From NCBI RefSeq assembly GCF_004010195.1, contig NC_057752.1, positions 14,162,521-14,226,520 on the forward strand: a stretch of DNA of 64,000 nt, read 5' to 3'. This document shows, one piece after another, positions 38,964 to 50,080 of the stretch. The DNA comes from Chiloscyllium plagiosum (taxonomy: Eukaryota). A model generated the notes under the pieces. It ran no database searches. It had not been told where the DNA came from and saw nothing but the letters and a program-made list of their open reading frames with translations. The translations under genes and the position numbers were made by a program. Numbering within the stretch: position 1 is the stretch's first letter; every line of letters starts with the position of its first letter.

Positions 38964-39250
38964 AGGACAGCATGGTGGCTCAGTGGTTAGCACTGCTGCC
39001 TCACAGCACCAGGGTCCCAGGTTCGTTCCCAGCCTCGGGTGACTGTCTGTGTGGAGTTTGCACATTCTCCCCGTGTCTGTGTGGGTTTCCTCCCACAGTG
39101 CAGGTTAGGGTGGATTGGCCATGCTAAATTGCCCCATACTAATTAGGTCAATTAGTCAGAGAGAAATGGGTCTGGGTGGGTTACTCTTCAGAGGGTTAGT
39201 GTGGACTGGTTGGGCCAAAGGGCCTTTTTCCACACTGTAGGGAATCTAAA
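38964..39250 (+). mobile_element. HE1-type V-SINE
   Basis: tggtggctcagtggttagc (A box), ggttcgttccc (B-box-like) and the V-domain gtggagtttgcacattctccccgtgtctg. Confidence 0.85.
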
Positions 39251-39439
39251 TTAATAAACTGTTGCAAGCACTTGAAATGTGTTGTTGGAACTTACAAATT
39301 GGGGCCATTGTTCCCACTATTGTATTGAACATGTCGGCTTGGTAAATTCTGATATGCTGTGTTCTCTGAGTCACCTGTGACTTGGTGTATGTGGAGGGAT
39401 GTTCCTGTCTGATCTGTTGTAATCTACATGTTGCAACAT

Positions 39440-40060
39440 GGGGACAGGTTTAAGAAGGCATTTAGCACGCTTGCTTTCGCTGGTCAGACCTTTGAGGATA
39501 GGAGTTGGAATGACATCTTAAGATTGTACAGATCATTAGTGAGGCCTCTTCTGGAGAACTGTGTCCAGTTCTGGTCACCCTGTTATAGGAAGGATATTAT
39601 TAAACTGGAGAGGGTTCAGAACAGATTTACCAGGATAAGTTATAGGGAAAGGCTGGATAAGCCAGGACATTTTTCACTGGAGCGTACGAAGTTGAGGGGT
39701 GACCTTATAGAGATTTATAAAATCATGAGGGCCATAGATAAGGTGAATGGCAGCTATCTTTTCTCTACGGTGGGGGATTTCGAGACAAGGGGGTATATTT
39801 TTAAGGAGAGAGGAGAAAGATTTAAAAAGGACATGAGAGGCAACTGTTTTACACAGAGAGTGATTCATGTGTGTAATGAGCTTCCAGAAAAAGTGGTGGA
39901 TGTGGGTACAGTTACAACATTTAAAAGATATTTTGCAAAGTACATGATTAAGAAAGATTTGGAGGGATATGGGCCAAGCGCAGGCAAGGTGGGACTAGTT
40001 TAGTTTGGGATTATGGTTGGCATGGACTGGTTGGACCAAAGGGTTCGTTTCTGTGCTGTT
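39440..40060 (+). mobile_element. 5'-truncated CR1 LINE
   Basis: ORF 39428..40003 encodes the CR1 C-terminus. Confidence 0.85.
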
Positions 40061-40861
40061 TGGCTCCAGACAGCTGAGCCAAATCAGGTGTTCTCCCTCT
40101 GTACTCACAATACAGTAAAATTAAACTGTCGAAGACGCCCAGTCATGACTGCAATGGTTCCCAACCAGACTTTTGAAAAACCAATCCCAGGCTTTGAGAG
40201 TAATGAATTCTAGGCACCAGTTTTGTATCTCAAACAAAATACTTTAATTATTTATTAAATGCACAATAACTTCTGCAGAGGAAAAACTAAACAACAAGGT
40301 AATCTAATTCATATCTATGCTTTAACCTGAAATGCTCATTTTCAGCCCTCATTCACACAAAGGACAGACAGGCAAACAAACACAGTTAAGGCATAAATGA
40401 AAGCAAGTAACAAAACTGGCCAGAATGCTTAAATGGTTTTCATGTCACGCTGTTTTATTGGTACAGATGTGGATTCTTTAGTTGCTTCTGAGACTGTCGA
40501 TCAGGGTCACCTTCTCAGTTCACTCAGGTAAAGGTAGGAATGCATCTCACTCAGGTTTCTATTCTCTGGACATCCAAATGTGAGTGTGGCAAATTAGTCA
40601 GGGAGCTTTCAAATCTCCCTGTCACATTGTCAGCAGTCAAGCTCATCTCCTGCAGTTCGAACACAACTCCAACTCTGGTTCCGCCCTGATAGATTGACTA
40701 TCTTCCACCAAGGACCCATTTACCATGCAATATCTGCCGTCTGTTTGAACATAGGCTCTCTTCCAGATTTGTTGGAACTAATTCCTAGGTATTGCTCTTG
40801 TAAAGTGCCAACTTCTGCTATATGTTTAAACACAATGCTCTTCCTGGGGTAGCTGTGTCTG

Positions 40862-41088
40862 TAGAACATAGAACATAGAACATTACAGCACAGTACAGGC
40901 CCTTCGGCCCGCGATGTTGCGCCGACCTGTGGAACCAATCTGAAGCCCAGCTATCCTTCGCCATTCCATTAGCATCCATATGTCTGTCCAATGACCATTT
41001 AAATACCCTTAAAGTTGGCGAGTATACTACTGTTGCAGGCAGTGCATTCCATGCCCCTACTACTCTCTGAGTAAAGAACCTACCTCTG
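40862..41088 (-). mobile_element. CR1 3' end running into the assembly gap
   Basis: (tagaaca)n tail; same subfamily as 3168-4062. Confidence 0.8.
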
Positions 41089-41588
41089 NNNNNNNNNNNN
41101 NNNNNNNNNNNNNNNNNNNNNNNNNNNNNNNNNNNNNNNNNNNNNNNNNNNNNNNNNNNNNNNNNNNNNNNNNNNNNNNNNNNNNNNNNNNNNNNNNNNN
41201 NNNNNNNNNNNNNNNNNNNNNNNNNNNNNNNNNNNNNNNNNNNNNNNNNNNNNNNNNNNNNNNNNNNNNNNNNNNNNNNNNNNNNNNNNNNNNNNNNNNN
41301 NNNNNNNNNNNNNNNNNNNNNNNNNNNNNNNNNNNNNNNNNNNNNNNNNNNNNNNNNNNNNNNNNNNNNNNNNNNNNNNNNNNNNNNNNNNNNNNNNNNN
41401 NNNNNNNNNNNNNNNNNNNNNNNNNNNNNNNNNNNNNNNNNNNNNNNNNNNNNNNNNNNNNNNNNNNNNNNNNNNNNNNNNNNNNNNNNNNNNNNNNNNN
41501 NNNNNNNNNNNNNNNNNNNNNNNNNNNNNNNNNNNNNNNNNNNNNNNNNNNNNNNNNNNNNNNNNNNNNNNNNNNNNNNNNNNNNNNN
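41089..41588. other. Assembly gap (500 N)
   Basis: Run of N; the round number suggests a placeholder size. Confidence 1.
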
Positions 41589-41837
41589 CTGTTAACATTC
41601 CTGTTGCCAATCATCATCAACCCTAAAGCTCTCAATCTCCAGCCTTCCATTCTTGGGAATAATTTCTCTCTTGTCTCCTCTCTCTCTGGCCAGCAGCCCC
41701 CCCTCCTTTATTTTCAAGACCTCGATCAAACCTCTCGTCAACTTCCTTCTCCCCAGAGAACGCCCCCAGATTCTCCAATCCCTTCCCATACCTCGGCTAA
41801 ATTATCCTTTCGCATGGAGGCCCCCGTTTTAATTTAA

Positions 41838-42039
41838 GAAGAGAAAGTGAGGACTGCAGATGCTGGAGATCAGAGCTGAAAAATGTGTTGCTGGAAAAGC
41901 GCAGCAGGTCAGGCAGCATCCAGGGAACAGGAGAATCGACGTTTCGGGCCCTGAAGAAGGGCTCATGCCCGAAACGTCAATTCTCCTGCTCCTTGGATGC
42001 TGCCTGACCTGCTGCGCTTTTCCAGCAACACATTTTCAG
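41838..42039. mobile_element. Short palindromic PLE-derived element with TSD
   Basis: TSD cccgttttaatttaa at 41823-41837 and 42040-42054; inverted arms gctgaaaaatgtgttgctgg.. / ..ccagcaacacattttcagc. Confidence 0.85.
41951..41978 (+). ncRNA. Minimal hammerhead-ribozyme core (family A)
   Basis: CTGAAGA-A-GGGC-tcat-GCCC-GAAA-C-GTC. Confidence 0.7.
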
Positions 42040-42985
42040 CCCGTTTTAATTTAACCTGAGAATCTCGATGATGGGAAGGCAAGCATCTGAAGCCCTTTCC
42101 TGCTGTGAAATGGGAGTTGACTAAAGACCAGTAAACGTTCATTTTGTTAAAAGGGGAATCGCATTCAAAAATGTTCAATACGCATCTTCTCCAAAAGGAA
42201 TGGTGTTTTTTTGAGCCAGTCTGTTTGCTTGCTGTACTCATGTTAAAGTCCATTACTGTCACTTGCTGGCTGACTGCTGTCTTTCACTGTGCAAGGCTGT
42301 CACATGGGAATGAATTCATTTTTGACAAGCACCTTTGCTCAGTTTTTCCACAAAGCTGTTAGTCAACTAAAATGAGCAAATGAAACAGCCGAATGGGGTT
42401 GTGACAAGGCCCCGTGGGTGTGGATACTATGTAAAAGCAATGCCTCGAATTTGCAGATTTCTGAATATTATGGTGTGACATGTTCGAAAAATGATTTGAA
42501 ACTTGTTGAAGTCACTCGCTTTTGTGGCCTCATATACGTCTACTTCCTTTCTTCCAGCTCAGTGAAGGTTCACATGAATGATGCTGGGGCTAAAAGTGGT
42601 TCAGTTACGAGGAATGGTTCCTGTTTCGAAGATTTTGGAACTGTTTAAGGTGTTTAAATGAGTTGATGATTTGACCGAGAGAAAGTTTCCTCTGGGGGGC
42701 CCAGCATAAAGGGGGAGGACCTTGAAATGAGAGCCGGGTTACTCAGGGGTCATGTCGGGAAGCGTGCGTTCACACGGAAGGGGAGCTGAAATCCGGAAAC
42801 CGTACCCTAATGATGCTGCTGAGGCTGGCACTCAGTTGGGAATTTCGAAACTGAGATTGATCGATTTTTGCCCGGAAATGAAATACCGAGATATGGAATG
42901 GGTGGGTCAGAGATTTGGATCGCTAGCCACGATCAAATTGAATGACAGAAGAGGTTTGAGGGACAGACTGGCCTCCTCCTCCTCT

Positions 42986-43653
42986 AGGAGAAAGTGAGGA
43001 CTGCAGATGCTGGAGATCAGAGCTGAAAAATGTGTTGCTGGAAAAGCGCAGCAGGTCAGGCAGCATCCAAGGAGCAGGAGAATCGACATTTCGGGCATGA
43101 GCCCTTCTTCAGACTTGCAAGTAGGCGGAGCGTTTCAGAGAACACCTCTGGGACACCCGGACCAACCAACCCAACCACCCCGTGGCTCAACACTTCAACT
43201 CCCCCTCCCACTCCACCAAGGACATGCAGATCCTTGGACTCCTCCATTGCCAGACCATGGCAACACGACGGTTGGAGGAAGAGCGCCTCACCTTCTGCCT
43301 GGGAACCCTCCAACCACAAGGGATGAACTCAGATTTCTCCAGTTTCCTCATTTCCCCTCCCCCCACCTTGTCTCAGTCAAATCCATCGAACTCAGCACCA
43401 CCTTCCTAACCTGCAATCTTCTTCCTGACCTCTCCTCCCCCACCCCCACTCCGGCCTATCACCCTCACCCTAACCTCCTTCCACCTATCGCATTTCCAAC
43501 GCCCCTCCCCCAAGTCTCTCCTCCCTACCTTTTATCTTAGCCTGCTTGGACACTTTCCTCATTCCTGAAGAAGTGCTCATGCCCGAAATGTCGATTCTCC
43601 TGCTCCTTGGATGCTGCCTGACCTGCTGCGCTTTTCCAGCAACACATTTTCAG
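42986..43653 (+). mobile_element. Penelope-like element: inverted terminal repeat, GIY-YIG C-terminal fragment, terminal repeat
   Basis: ..ERFREHLWDTR.. and AQHFNSPSHSTKDMQILGLLH..LGTLQPQGMNSDF. TSD ctcctcctcctct at 42973-42985 and 43654-43666. Hammerhead-like cores at 43085-43112 (-) and 43565-43592 (+). Confidence 0.85.
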
Positions 43654-44019
43654 CTCCTCCTCCTCTTCCCATGTTCCCAACTGATTGGCCCTTTGGTCAG
43701 GTTCTGTTGGACTGGAAATTGGCGAAGCGTCAATTTCAGTGGATTTTGTGGAGGGCTGCTCTGGCGGACTGTACTTGTGCCACCTGGACACCTGGGCTCC
43801 ATGCCCCCGCTGGCACTTACTGTATTCTCCCCTGTCCCCCAGAGGGAGATACTAGCCACTGCTAGGGGTTCCTGGCACCGGCGCCATCTTTAACCACCCA
43901 CTGTGTGCCCTGACAGGCTGTGTCAATGCAGAGCTGCCCTGCACGGTTCCTGAGATTTGCCCCCGGACAGGGCAAACTGGGGGAAATCGGTGCCCTCCTC
44001 CCACCCCCACGGTGCGGGC

Positions 44020-44220
44020 AGGGACCTGGGGGCCCTGCAGGATGGGGAAGTGTAGAGGAGGGTCCCCCTCTACCCCCAGGACCAGCCATGGAGGCCACAA
44101 TACCAGACCATGCCAGCCTGATCCAACCAACCAGAGGTGGGCAACTGGGTCAGTACAGTCTCAGCCACCTGGAGGAATGGCCAGCTCTGCAGGAAGGAGG
44201 TCAATGACCTTCCCCACTGC
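44020..44220 (+). pseudogene. Degenerate Myb/SANT-like DNA-binding ORF, probably a Harbinger transposon remnant
   Basis: One frame reads RDLGALQDGEV*RRVPLYPQDQPWRPQYQTMPA*SNQPEVGNWVSTVSATWRNGQLCRKEVNDL, matching the AWxEVAxxVSAxxxxxRxxxQCRKKxNDL pattern with two stops. Confidence 0.6.
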
Positions 44221-44859
44221 ACCAACGCTTGTACCACCACCTTCTCCCCGATACCTCACACTGTCTCTCTCTCTCTCTCTCTCTGTTACTGTACTCACCA
44301 CAGCTCACACTCTGACATTCTTACTATCGCCTGTAACATCTTCCCTCACTTGGTCTCACCCACCCTAATCCCTGGCACCATGAGCACTCCATATCCACTG
44401 TGCTGCCCACTCACTCTCCTGGGCACTGCCAGCCAGAAGTGCACCCCCCACCCCCCACTCCCCAGACAGGCAGCTCCCTGTACCAAAATGCAATGCATGG
44501 CCAAGTGAGGATGCTGTGAACATCGAGTTTGGTCACTGCCGCCCAGAAAGAGGCTGTTCAGCCTATCGAGTCCGTCCCAGTATTAACAGCTTTGTGTAAA
44601 AGAGGGAGAGAGGTGGGGGCAGGAGTTTGGGGAAGAGATTTACAAAGCTTCATGGCCTCAGAGGTGCAAGAGACAGTCAGCAGCGAAACGATTCAACATG
44701 AAAGGTCAGCAGCAGCATAACAGGAGGAGCAAGGTGGATCACAGAGGGTTGAGGGGCTGTAGAAGATCACAGAGACCAGAAGGGATGGGGCCATGGTGGG
44801 ACTCTAGAACAAGGATGCAAATTTTAAAACTGAAGGGGTTGGTGCAGTCCGGGGTGTCA

Positions 44860-45192
44860 ATGTAGAATCCCTATAGAGCATGCAGAGGCTGTTTGGCCCA
44901 TCCAGTCCATACCGACCCTCTGAAGTGCATCCCTCTCAGATATATTCCCCTACCCATAACCCCTCCATTTCCCATGGCTAACCCACCTAGCCTACATATC
45001 CCTGGGCACAACAGCAAATCCACCCTAACCTGCACCTCTTTGGAGTTTGGGAAGAAACTGGAGCATCCGGAGGAGACCCATGGTGACAACGTGCAAACTG
45101 CACACGCAGACAGTTGCCTGAGGGTTGGGATCGAACCTTGGTCCCTGGTGCTGTGAGGCAGCAGTGCTAACCATTGAGCCACCGTGCTGCCG
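44860..45192 (-). mobile_element. HE1-type V-SINE
   Basis: gtgaggcagcagtgctaaccattgagccaccgtgctgcc head. Confidence 0.8.
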
Positions 45193-45679
45193 TTAACATG
45201 GTTAACCATGACATGATTATTGACATTAGTTGCCTCCCACTAAGAGACTCCACAGGGGAATGGGGGTCGAGTTCACTCAGTTTGCAGCGTGACTGATGAT
45301 ACCAACAAGTGTGGGTTCAATGCCCGGTCATTGGCAGAGGCAGAGGTCACCAACGTGGGTTGGGGGTGGTGGCTACCTTCTCATCCCACGTCTGACCTGT
45401 AGTGACCCTTGAGTTAAACTCAGTATTGGTTGTCTCCCTCTTATGCGGGATTGTGGCAACTTTACCTTCGCACAGAGGAATGTCAACCGTGCACATTTAA
45501 GGCTCCGTACACTGGTGTCTTGACTCCCTGTAGCCCTTGGGTACAAGAGGGCAGCACCTCCCACCCTCCTGAGGGCAACCATACAGTGGGTGATAAATCC
45601 CAGCCAGTGCTGCCCACATCCCATGAAAGAAAGGAGGCGAAGTTGACACTGCATCTGATATTGCCACCTCCCCAGTGAT

Positions 45680-45841
45680 AGAGAAAGTGAGGACGGCAGA
45701 TGCTGGAGATCAGAGTCGAGAGCATGGTGCTGGAAAAGCACAGTTGGTCAGGCAGCGTCCGAGGAGCAGGAGGATCAACTTCTCGCCCGAGAAGATGCTG
45801 CCTGACCTGCTGTGCTTTTCCAGCACCAGGCTCTCGACTCA
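45680..45841. mobile_element. Short palindromic PLE-derived element, hammerhead absent
   Basis: TSD cacctccccagtgat at 45665-45679 and 45842-45856; arms gagtcgagagcatggtgctggaaaagcacag / ctgtgcttttccagcaccaggctctcgactc. Confidence 0.8.
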
Positions 45842-46149
45842 CACCTCCCCAGTGATGCTCCCCTCCCCCGAGCTGGCCGACCACAGAGTTAAGGAGGAAG
45901 ATGACTCATTCAGAGAAAGCGGGTGATTTCTGAGTCACAAGGCTCACATGCAACAGGCAATATTTCAGGATTCTGACCCAGATCTTTTCAGTTCCTCTTC
46001 CTCTGGCCGCTTCATGACTGGGCCCTCGTGCGGGAGGCTCCGAAGAAAACTTCCTCAGACAGAGTCGAGTCCTGTCTTGCCGAGGTGCGAGACGGTTTTT
46101 GTTTTAACCAAACGTTCCTTTCCAGGAGAAAACCCGTCTCCTCAACCTC

Positions 46150-46355
46150 CATTTCAACTTTTAACCTTCGCTCCCGCAAACTGAAACTCTGAGAGAAAAA
46201 GCAAACCTGCCCCTTCAGAAAAAAACACCAGTGAAAGGGTGCTTTCGAGTATCACTGCTCGAAAGCACCCTTTCACTGTTTTTTTTCTGAAGGGGCAGGT
46301 TTGCTTTTTCTCTCAGAGTTTCAGTTTGCAGGAGCGAAGGTTAAAAGTTGAAATG
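46150..46355. repeat. Near-perfect palindrome, ~100-bp arms with an 8-nt loop
   Basis: 46150-46249 is the reverse complement of 46258-46355 apart from one mismatch and a small indel next to the A/T run; loop tatcactg. Confidence 0.95.
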
Positions 46356-46846
46356 TTCCTTGGAAGCCATTCCTCCAGATGACGCATGACGTCTGGAGGG
46401 GCGTCTTCCTGAGGTGCCTTGGGGACAGGAGGAGGCCATTCGGCCACTCTACCTCACGAAAGGCTATCAATGAAAGTAAAAGTACTGCTGGGAAACTGAA
46501 ATAAAAGCAGAAAGAGCTGCTACGCTTCCACATTCATTCACGGGAGTTGGCAGAGGGGCGTCGCTGGGTAGGTCAGCCATTATTGCCTATCCCTAATTAC
46601 CCAGAGGGCAGTTCAGAGTCAACCCCATTGGCTGTGGGTCTGGAGCCACATGTAGGCCCAGACCAGGTGATGACAGCAGTTTTCCTTCCCTAAAGGTCAT
46701 TAGTGACCCAAATGGGGTTTTCCCCAACAATCAATTCAGCAGCACATGATTAATGCCAACTTTGTATTGAATTGAAATTCCACCATCCAGTATGGTAGGC
46801 TTCGAACCTGGTTCCCCAGAACACTACCTGAGTCTCCAGATTAACA

Positions 46847-46952
46847 GGGCACTTTCCTCATTCCTGAAGAAGGGCTCATGCCCGAAACATCGATTCTCCT
46901 GCTCCTTGGATGCTGCCTGACCTGCTGCACTCTTCCAGCAACACATTTTCAG
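46847..46952 (+). mobile_element. Solo PLE terminal repeat with hammerhead core, inserted in an older tRNA-SINE
   Basis: TSD ctccagattaaca at 46834-46846 and 46953-46965; CTGAAGA-A-GGGC-tcat-GCCC-GAAA-catc at 46864-46891. Confidence 0.8.
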
Positions 46953-47074
46953 CTCCAGATTAACAATCCAACAATAAGACCACTAGGCCATCACCTCCCC
47001 CTTCTGCAGACGTTTAAAATTGGACTTCAAAAGTCTATCAATCTCGGTTGCAACAATTCCAACTTTTGTGGGTA

Positions 47075-47440
47075 TCACTGGCTGGGCCCAGCATTTATTA
47101 CCCTGTCCCTAGTTGCCCCCTTGAGAAGGTGGGGGTGAGCTGCCATCTTGAACCGCTGCAGTCCACGTGCTGTGGGTTGACCCACAATGCCCTGAGGGAG
47201 GGAATTCCAGGATTCTGTCCCAGCGACACTGAAGGAATGGCGATAGATTTCCAAGTCAGGATGGTGAGGGGATTGGAGGGGAACTTGCAGGGGATGGTGT
47301 TCCCATGTATCTGCTTCCCTTGTCCTTCTAGATGGAAGTGGTCGTGGATTTGGAAGGTGCTGTCTGAGGATCTTTGGTGAGTTTCTGCAGCGCATCTTGT
47401 AGATGGTGCACACTGCTGTTACTGAGTGTCGGTGGGGGGA
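47075..47440 (-). mobile_element. Dispersed retroposon 3' fragment
   Basis: Reverse-complement similarity to 50495-50685 and 23320-23460 (tggactgcagcggttcaaga.ggcagctca..ccaccttctc). Confidence 0.6.
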
Positions 47441-47754
47441 GGGAGTGGATATTGAAAGCATTAAATGGCATCCTGGAAGCCCAGAATCCTTGGAGGAGAG
47501 AGTTGTAGAGTTCCAGTCAGCTTTATGTGAAGAAGTCCTGCTCACTGATAAATGGCTTGACTGTAAGTTTCAGATTGTGCCCTCTTGTATGGAATCCAAA
47601 CATCCCTCCATCCCCCCAACCCCAATAGTTCTATGAAGGGAAATCATTTCTCTCTATAGACCTTACTGAATAGGCCTTCCAAACTGTGAGGGATTGTGGA
47701 CAGGGTAAATAGGGAGAAATTGTACCCAGTATTGGGAGGATCAAGAACCAGAGG

Positions 47755-48307
47755 GACATTGGTGAGGCCACTTTTAGAATACTGCCCTTTATTCTGGTCT
47801 CCCTGCTGGGGATGATATTGTGAAACTTGAAAGGGTGCAGAAAAGATTTACAAGGATGTTGCCAGGGTTGGAGGATTTGAGCTACAGGGAGAGGCTGAAC
47901 AGGCTGGGGCTATTTTCCCTGGAGGGTCGGAGGCTGAGGGGTGACCTTATAGAGGTTTGTAAAACCATGAGGGGCATAGATAGGGTAAATAGCCACGGTC
48001 TTTTCCCTGGGGTGGGGGAGTCCAGAACTAGTGGGCATAGGTTTAGGGTGAGAGGGAAAAGATTTAAAAGGGGCCTAAGGGGCTACTTTTTCATGCAGAG
48101 GGTGGTACGTGTATGGAATGAGCTGCTAGAGGAAATGGTGGAGGCTGGTACAATTACAGCATTTAAAAGGCATCTGGATGGGTATATGAATATGGGTTTG
48201 GAGGGAAATGGGCCGGGTGCTGGCAGGTGGGACTAGATTGGGTTGGGATATCTGCTCAGCATGGACCGAAGGGTCTGTTTCCTTGCTGTACGTCTCTATG
48301 ACTATGA
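47755..48307 (+). mobile_element. 5'-truncated CR1 LINE
   Basis: ORF 47820..48236. Confidence 0.9.
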
Positions 48308-48315
48308 TGAACCAC

Positions 48316-48344
48316 CTGATGAAGGAGCAGCGCTCCGAAAGCTA
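48316..48344 (+). ncRNA. Minimal hammerhead-ribozyme core (PLE family B) in a ~90-bp insert within a CR1 tail
   Basis: cac-CTGATGA-A-GGAGC-agc-GCTCC-GAAA-GCTA-gtg: intact core, 5-bp stem II, palindromic AGCT stem III, CUA triplet and cac/gtg stem I. Confidence 0.75.
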
Positions 48345-48899
48345 GTGCTTCCAATTAAACCTGTTGGACTATAACTTGGTGTTGTGGGATTTTTATCTAT
48401 GACTCTAAGTATTGTAACTAGAGCAACATTGAAGACAAACACTAAAGTTGCTACTCTGTCCAATTGAGTAACAGCAGCCCCGAGCAAGTACAGCATTCAT
48501 TCAATATGTCACTGGAGGATCAAAACTGCGATTTTACATGTGGGTTCCCATACTTTCCTTCCCTTTTTTCTCACTCCCACTGTCACACTGGCCCAGGGCC
48601 TCTTTATACAACAACAACTGCACAATACGCCAATGTGCTTAGCTATTTATCAGCTGAGGACACTTGGGCTGATGGCGGCCTTTGTGAATTCTGATTGGTG
48701 ATAACCGGCTGGCCCTGTATGATTGTTCATTTCCTTTCAGTTTCAGAAAGTGAAGCTGGAGAGAGCTGATTTTTCTTTGTGATTTCTTTCGCACTTAAGT
48801 AAAGGTCAGCCGTAAGCAGTGCAGACATTTATAGCACAGAAGGAGACCATTTGGCCCGTCAGGCCTCTGCCAAATCTTTGGCTTTCCAAAAATGCACAC

Positions 48900-50080
48900 G
48901 CATGCAGCTATAGCAAGTAATCGGGAAAGCTAATAGATTGTGATGGTTTCTTGCAAGGGGAAGTGAATACAAGAGTAGGGAGGTTATGTTTCAGTTATAC
49001 AGGGCAGTAGTGGGACCACATCTGGAGCACGGTGTACAGGACTGGTCTCCATACTTACAGGAGGATGTTAATGCATTGGAAGCAGTTTAGAGAAGGTTTC
49101 TCAGACTAATCCCTGGAATGAGCAGATTCCCTTCAGAGGAAAGGCTGGACAGGGTAGGCCTGTATCCTCTGGAGTTTAGTAGAGTCAGAGGTGGCCGAAT
49201 TGAACTGTATAAGATCCTGAGGGGATGTGACCGGGTGGATGTGGAAAAGGATGTTTCCCCTTGTGGGAGACTCCAGAACAAGGGGTCAGAGCGCCCATTT
49301 AAAACGGAGATGGGGGGGGAAAACATTTCTCTCTCTCAGAGGGCCGCGGGTCTTTGGAATTCCCTTCCTCAAAAGGCAGTGGATACAGAACCTTTCAATC
49401 TTTTTGTGGCAGAGGGAGATAGATTCTCGATTCCTGAAAGATTAACCGGAGAGGGGGGATATACAGGGATGGAAGGGTGAGGTTAAAATCAGAGCAGCCA
49501 TTGAATGGCGGAGCATTGAATGGATGGGCAGAGTGGCCTCCTCTTGTTTCTTGCTTGCATGTATGTTTGTATGTTCATTCAATAAGGTGCCACACAAAAG
49601 GTTAATAGGTCAGATAGGGGCTCATGGAGTCGGGTAGAGGATTAGTTAATGGACAGAAAGCAGAAAGTTAGAATAACTAGTGCAATCTTGAGTTGGCAGA
49701 CTGGAGTGCCACAAGGATTAGTCATAGAACCCCAGCTATTTTCTGTCTACATGAATTACTTGGATGAAGAGACAGGGAGTAATGCATCTAAGCTTCCTAA
49801 CGATGCAAAGCTAAGTGAAAATGGAAGCTGTGAGGAGGACACAGAGGAGTTGAAAAGGAAACAGGTTGTAAAGTGGCAGATGTGATGTTTTTCACTTTGA
49901 CCACCAGAATAGAAAAGCAGAATACTTTGTAAAAGGTGTGAAACTTGTGAATATTGATATTCATGGACACTTAGTTGTTCAGGTCCAAGGAACTCAGAAA
50001 GTTAGCATGCAGCTGCAGCAAGCAATTGAGAAGGCAAGTGGCACATTGAATGTTATTTTAAGGGAACTGGAGTAGAAGCA
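48900..50080 (+). mobile_element. Two adjacent diverged CR1-type fragments
   Basis: ORFs 49118..49480 (QRAAGLWNSLP) and 49649..49885 (GVPQGLVIEPQLFSVYMNYLD..KLPNDAKL). Confidence 0.7.

Noticed and set aside
38964..39040. tRNA-like A and B boxes
   Set aside because: These are SINE heads rather than tRNA genes; they run directly into the V-domain.
41060..41650. Long ORFs of 176-196 aa
   Set aside because: They are artefacts of translating through the N gap.
45455..45520. Exon-like minus-strand segment with donor gtaaag
   Set aside because: The donor lies in the tail of a dispersed tRNA-SINE-like repeat, and no phase-compatible neighbouring exon was found.
44701..48808. NBRE motifs AAAGGTCA at 44701, 46692 and 48801 as autoregulatory sites
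   Set aside because: About two are expected by chance on both strands of 64 kb, and at least one lies in a repeat.
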